The notes beneath the pieces were generated by a model. The model was not told where the DNA came from. It was given only the letters and a program-made list of their open reading frames with translations, and did not search any database. Shown here one piece after another: positions 62,196 to 64,000 of a stretch of DNA of 64,000 nucleotides (positions within the stretch are counted from its first letter, which is position 1; each line of letters begins with the position of its first letter). A program made the translations under genes and the position numbers. The DNA lies in assembly GCA_977020255.1 (NCBI GenBank), contig CDROCS010001674.1, positions 62,001 through 126,000 on the forward strand. The letters are read 5' to 3'. The stretch comes from Obrimoposthia wandeli. Its lineage: Eukaryota.

Positions 62196-63173
62196 ATGCT
62201 CTATCCCTGGCATGAAACGCTATGGCAAAGTTGGCAGCAGCTGCTAATTCAGGGGCGCTTGCACCATGCAATTTTATTGCTTGCAGCAAAAGGTACTGGA
62301 CGAGAGGTTTTAGGGCGGCAATTAGCGAAAACGGTGCTTTGTCGTAACTGTGACTCTGAACCTTGTGGTGTTTGCCACAGTTGTAAATTGTTTGCTGCAG
62401 GAACGCATCCTGATTTTCACCTTATTCAACCTGAGCAAGAAGGGAAACAGATTGGTGTCGACGCTGTTAGGCAGTGTAACCGCTGGGCAATGGAAACATC
62501 TCAGCTGGCAGGGCAACGCGTTATCATGATTGATTGTGCCGATTCAATGGGTGAAGCGGGTTCTAACGCCATCTTGAAAACATTGGAAGAGCCGCCATCA
62601 GGGTGTCAGTTTATTTTAACGGCACAATCGTTGGATAGTTTATTACCGACGATTGTCAGTCGTTGTAATAAATGGCGTATGGAAACCCCCGATGAGCAAT
62701 TTGTGAAGCAGTGGGTTGAAAAGCAGTTAATGCAAACGATCAAGATTGAATCTATTCGGTTAAATGCGTGCGCACCGTTAGCGACACAGCAGTTTATTGA
62801 GCAAGGGATGGACATTCGCCATAATAATTTGAATGAAGCATTTGTTGCTTTTTTACAGCCTCCGCATACTGGCATTTATGATGTCGTATCATTGTGTACC
62901 AGTGAAGGCATCGTCAGTATGAAGTGGTTAAGCTACTTTCTTGTTGACTGTATTAAGTTTCAACAAGGTGTTACTGGTTATTTAACGCATAGTGAATCTA
63001 TCGACAAGATTCAATCAGTAGCACAAGCTGTCCCTTCTACTATTCTGATACAACAGGTTCGGAAAATTAACGAACTACATCGAAAGTTAGAGAAGCACAG
63101 CGGCTTGAATATTGAATTACTCATTGTTGAGTGGTTAACTGGATTTATTGGAGGAAATAATCGTGTTAGTTGA
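62196..63173 (+). CDS. holB: DNA polymerase III subunit delta prime
   Basis: CGVCHSC, THPDFH, NAILKTLEEPP, TIVSRC. Confidence 0.96.
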   Translation: MLYPWHETLWQSWQQLLIQGRLHHAILLLAAKGTGREVLGRQLAKTVLCRNCDSEPCGVCHSCKLFAAGTHPDFHLIQPEQEGKQIGVDAVRQCNRWAMETSQLAGQRVIMIDCADSMGEAGSNAILKTLEEPPSGCQFILTAQSLDSLLPTIVSRCNKWRMETPDEQFVKQWVEKQLMQTIKIESIRLNACAPLATQQFIEQGMDIRHNNLNEAFVAFLQPPHTGIYDVVSLCTSEGIVSMKWLSYFLVDCIKFQQGVTGYLTHSESIDKIQSVAQAVPSTILIQQVRKINELHRKLEKHSGLNIELLIVEWLTGFIGGNNRVS

Positions 63174-63939
63174 TTCACATTGTCACCTGGACAAATTAGA
63201 CTACGAACAACTTCATACAGGCATTGATGATGTGTTAGCTAAAGCTAAAGATCGTGGTGTAGAGTACTTTTTATCGGTTGGCGTTACGCTGAAAAGTTTT
63301 CCAGCAATGATGGAAATGATTGAACCTCATAGTAATGTTTTTGCGTCATGTGGTGTTCACCCCCTCGATATTGAAGAAGGGTTTAATTTCGAACAATTGA
63401 AAGCATTTGCTCAGCACGAACGCGTCGTTGCAATTGGTGAAACGGGGCTAGATTACCATTATCAACCTGAATTGGCAGAGCAGCAGCAAGACATATTTCG
63501 TGAGCATGTGCGTTTAGCGGTTGAATTGAATAAACCACTTATCATTCATACCCGCATGGCACGTGAAGATACAATGCGAATTTTACGAGAAGAAGGCGCA
63601 GAAAAGTGCGGTGGTGTTTTGCATTGTTTCACTGAAAGCCTTGAAATGGCACAAGAAGCGATTGAGCTTGGCTTTTATATCTCGATATCGGGCATTGTAA
63701 CGTTCAATAAAGCGAGTGAGCTTAAAAATGTAGTCAGTAGTTTGCCATTAGAACGTTTATTGGTTGAAACGGACTCACCTTACCTTGCTCCAAGCCCTTA
63801 TCGTGGAAAGCAGAACCAGCCTGCTTATGTTCGTGAAGTTGCACAATATATCGCGTTATTAAAAGGAGTATCTGTCGAAGAAGTTGAAAAAGTCACGACG
63901 AATAACTTCTTTAATCTTTTTTCGCGAGCCGAACGCTAA
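63163..63939 (+). CDS. ycfH: TatD-family hydrolase YcfH
   Basis: VDSHCHLD, GETGLDY, IIHTR, LHCF, ETDSPYLAP; GTG start behind GGAGG. Confidence 0.93.
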   Translation: MLVDSHCHLDKLDYEQLHTGIDDVLAKAKDRGVEYFLSVGVTLKSFPAMMEMIEPHSNVFASCGVHPLDIEEGFNFEQLKAFAQHERVVAIGETGLDYHYQPELAEQQQDIFREHVRLAVELNKPLIIHTRMAREDTMRILREEGAEKCGGVLHCFTESLEMAQEAIELGFYISISGIVTFNKASELKNVVSSLPLERLLVETDSPYLAPSPYRGKQNQPAYVREVAQYIALLKGVSVEEVEKVTTNNFFNLFSRAER

Positions 63940-63946
63940 ATTTTAT

Positions 63947-63974
63947 AAAAATGGAGCTTTAAGCTCCATTTTTT
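63947..63974 (+). terminator. Terminator after ycfH
   Basis: AAAAATGGAGC-TTTAA-GCTCCATTTTTT. Confidence 0.85.
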
Positions 63975-64000
63975 AATGATTGTAGTGCGTTGCTTTGAGA

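Overview
Core chromosomal segment of a Vibrionaceae bacterium. Photobacterium-like is inferred from gene order and protein sequences, not confirmed. Gene order: purB(partial)-hflD-mnmA-rluE / icd / cspD / clpS-clpA / infA-bpt-aat / glycine-zipper protein / cydDC-trxB / ald / lrp-ftsK-lolA-rarA-serS / orphan membrane-anchored protein / DAACS symporter / metG / apbC-udk-dcd-asmA / a variable islet (yhjD, CBS protein, Zn-ribbon membrane protein, metal-dependent hydrolase, dcuB-like, psiE, cobO-cobS-cobT, DUF3313-like lipoprotein, SulP) / rne / rluC-HAD / maf / yceD-rpmF-plsX-fabH-fabD-fabG-acpP-fabF / pabC-mltG-tmk-holB-TatD(ycfH). I saw no tRNA, rRNA, CRISPR array, transposase, integrase or prophage gene, and all recognisable genes look intact. 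I found no convincing new multi-gene system. The best leads are: (i) a sigma54-type promoter with an adjacent palindrome in front of an orphan membrane-anchored NIT-like protein; (ii) three dispersed ERIC-like terminal sequences; (iii) a split cobT-cobS-cobO operon with an in-frame VNTR; (iv) an internal 66-aa-period duplication in AsmA; (v) repeat expansions in the FtsK and RNase E linkers; (vi) two probable leaderless genes (rluC, yceD). Several starts were shifted from the ORF track to the codon behind a Shine-Dalgarno sequence. All motif calls were made by eye.
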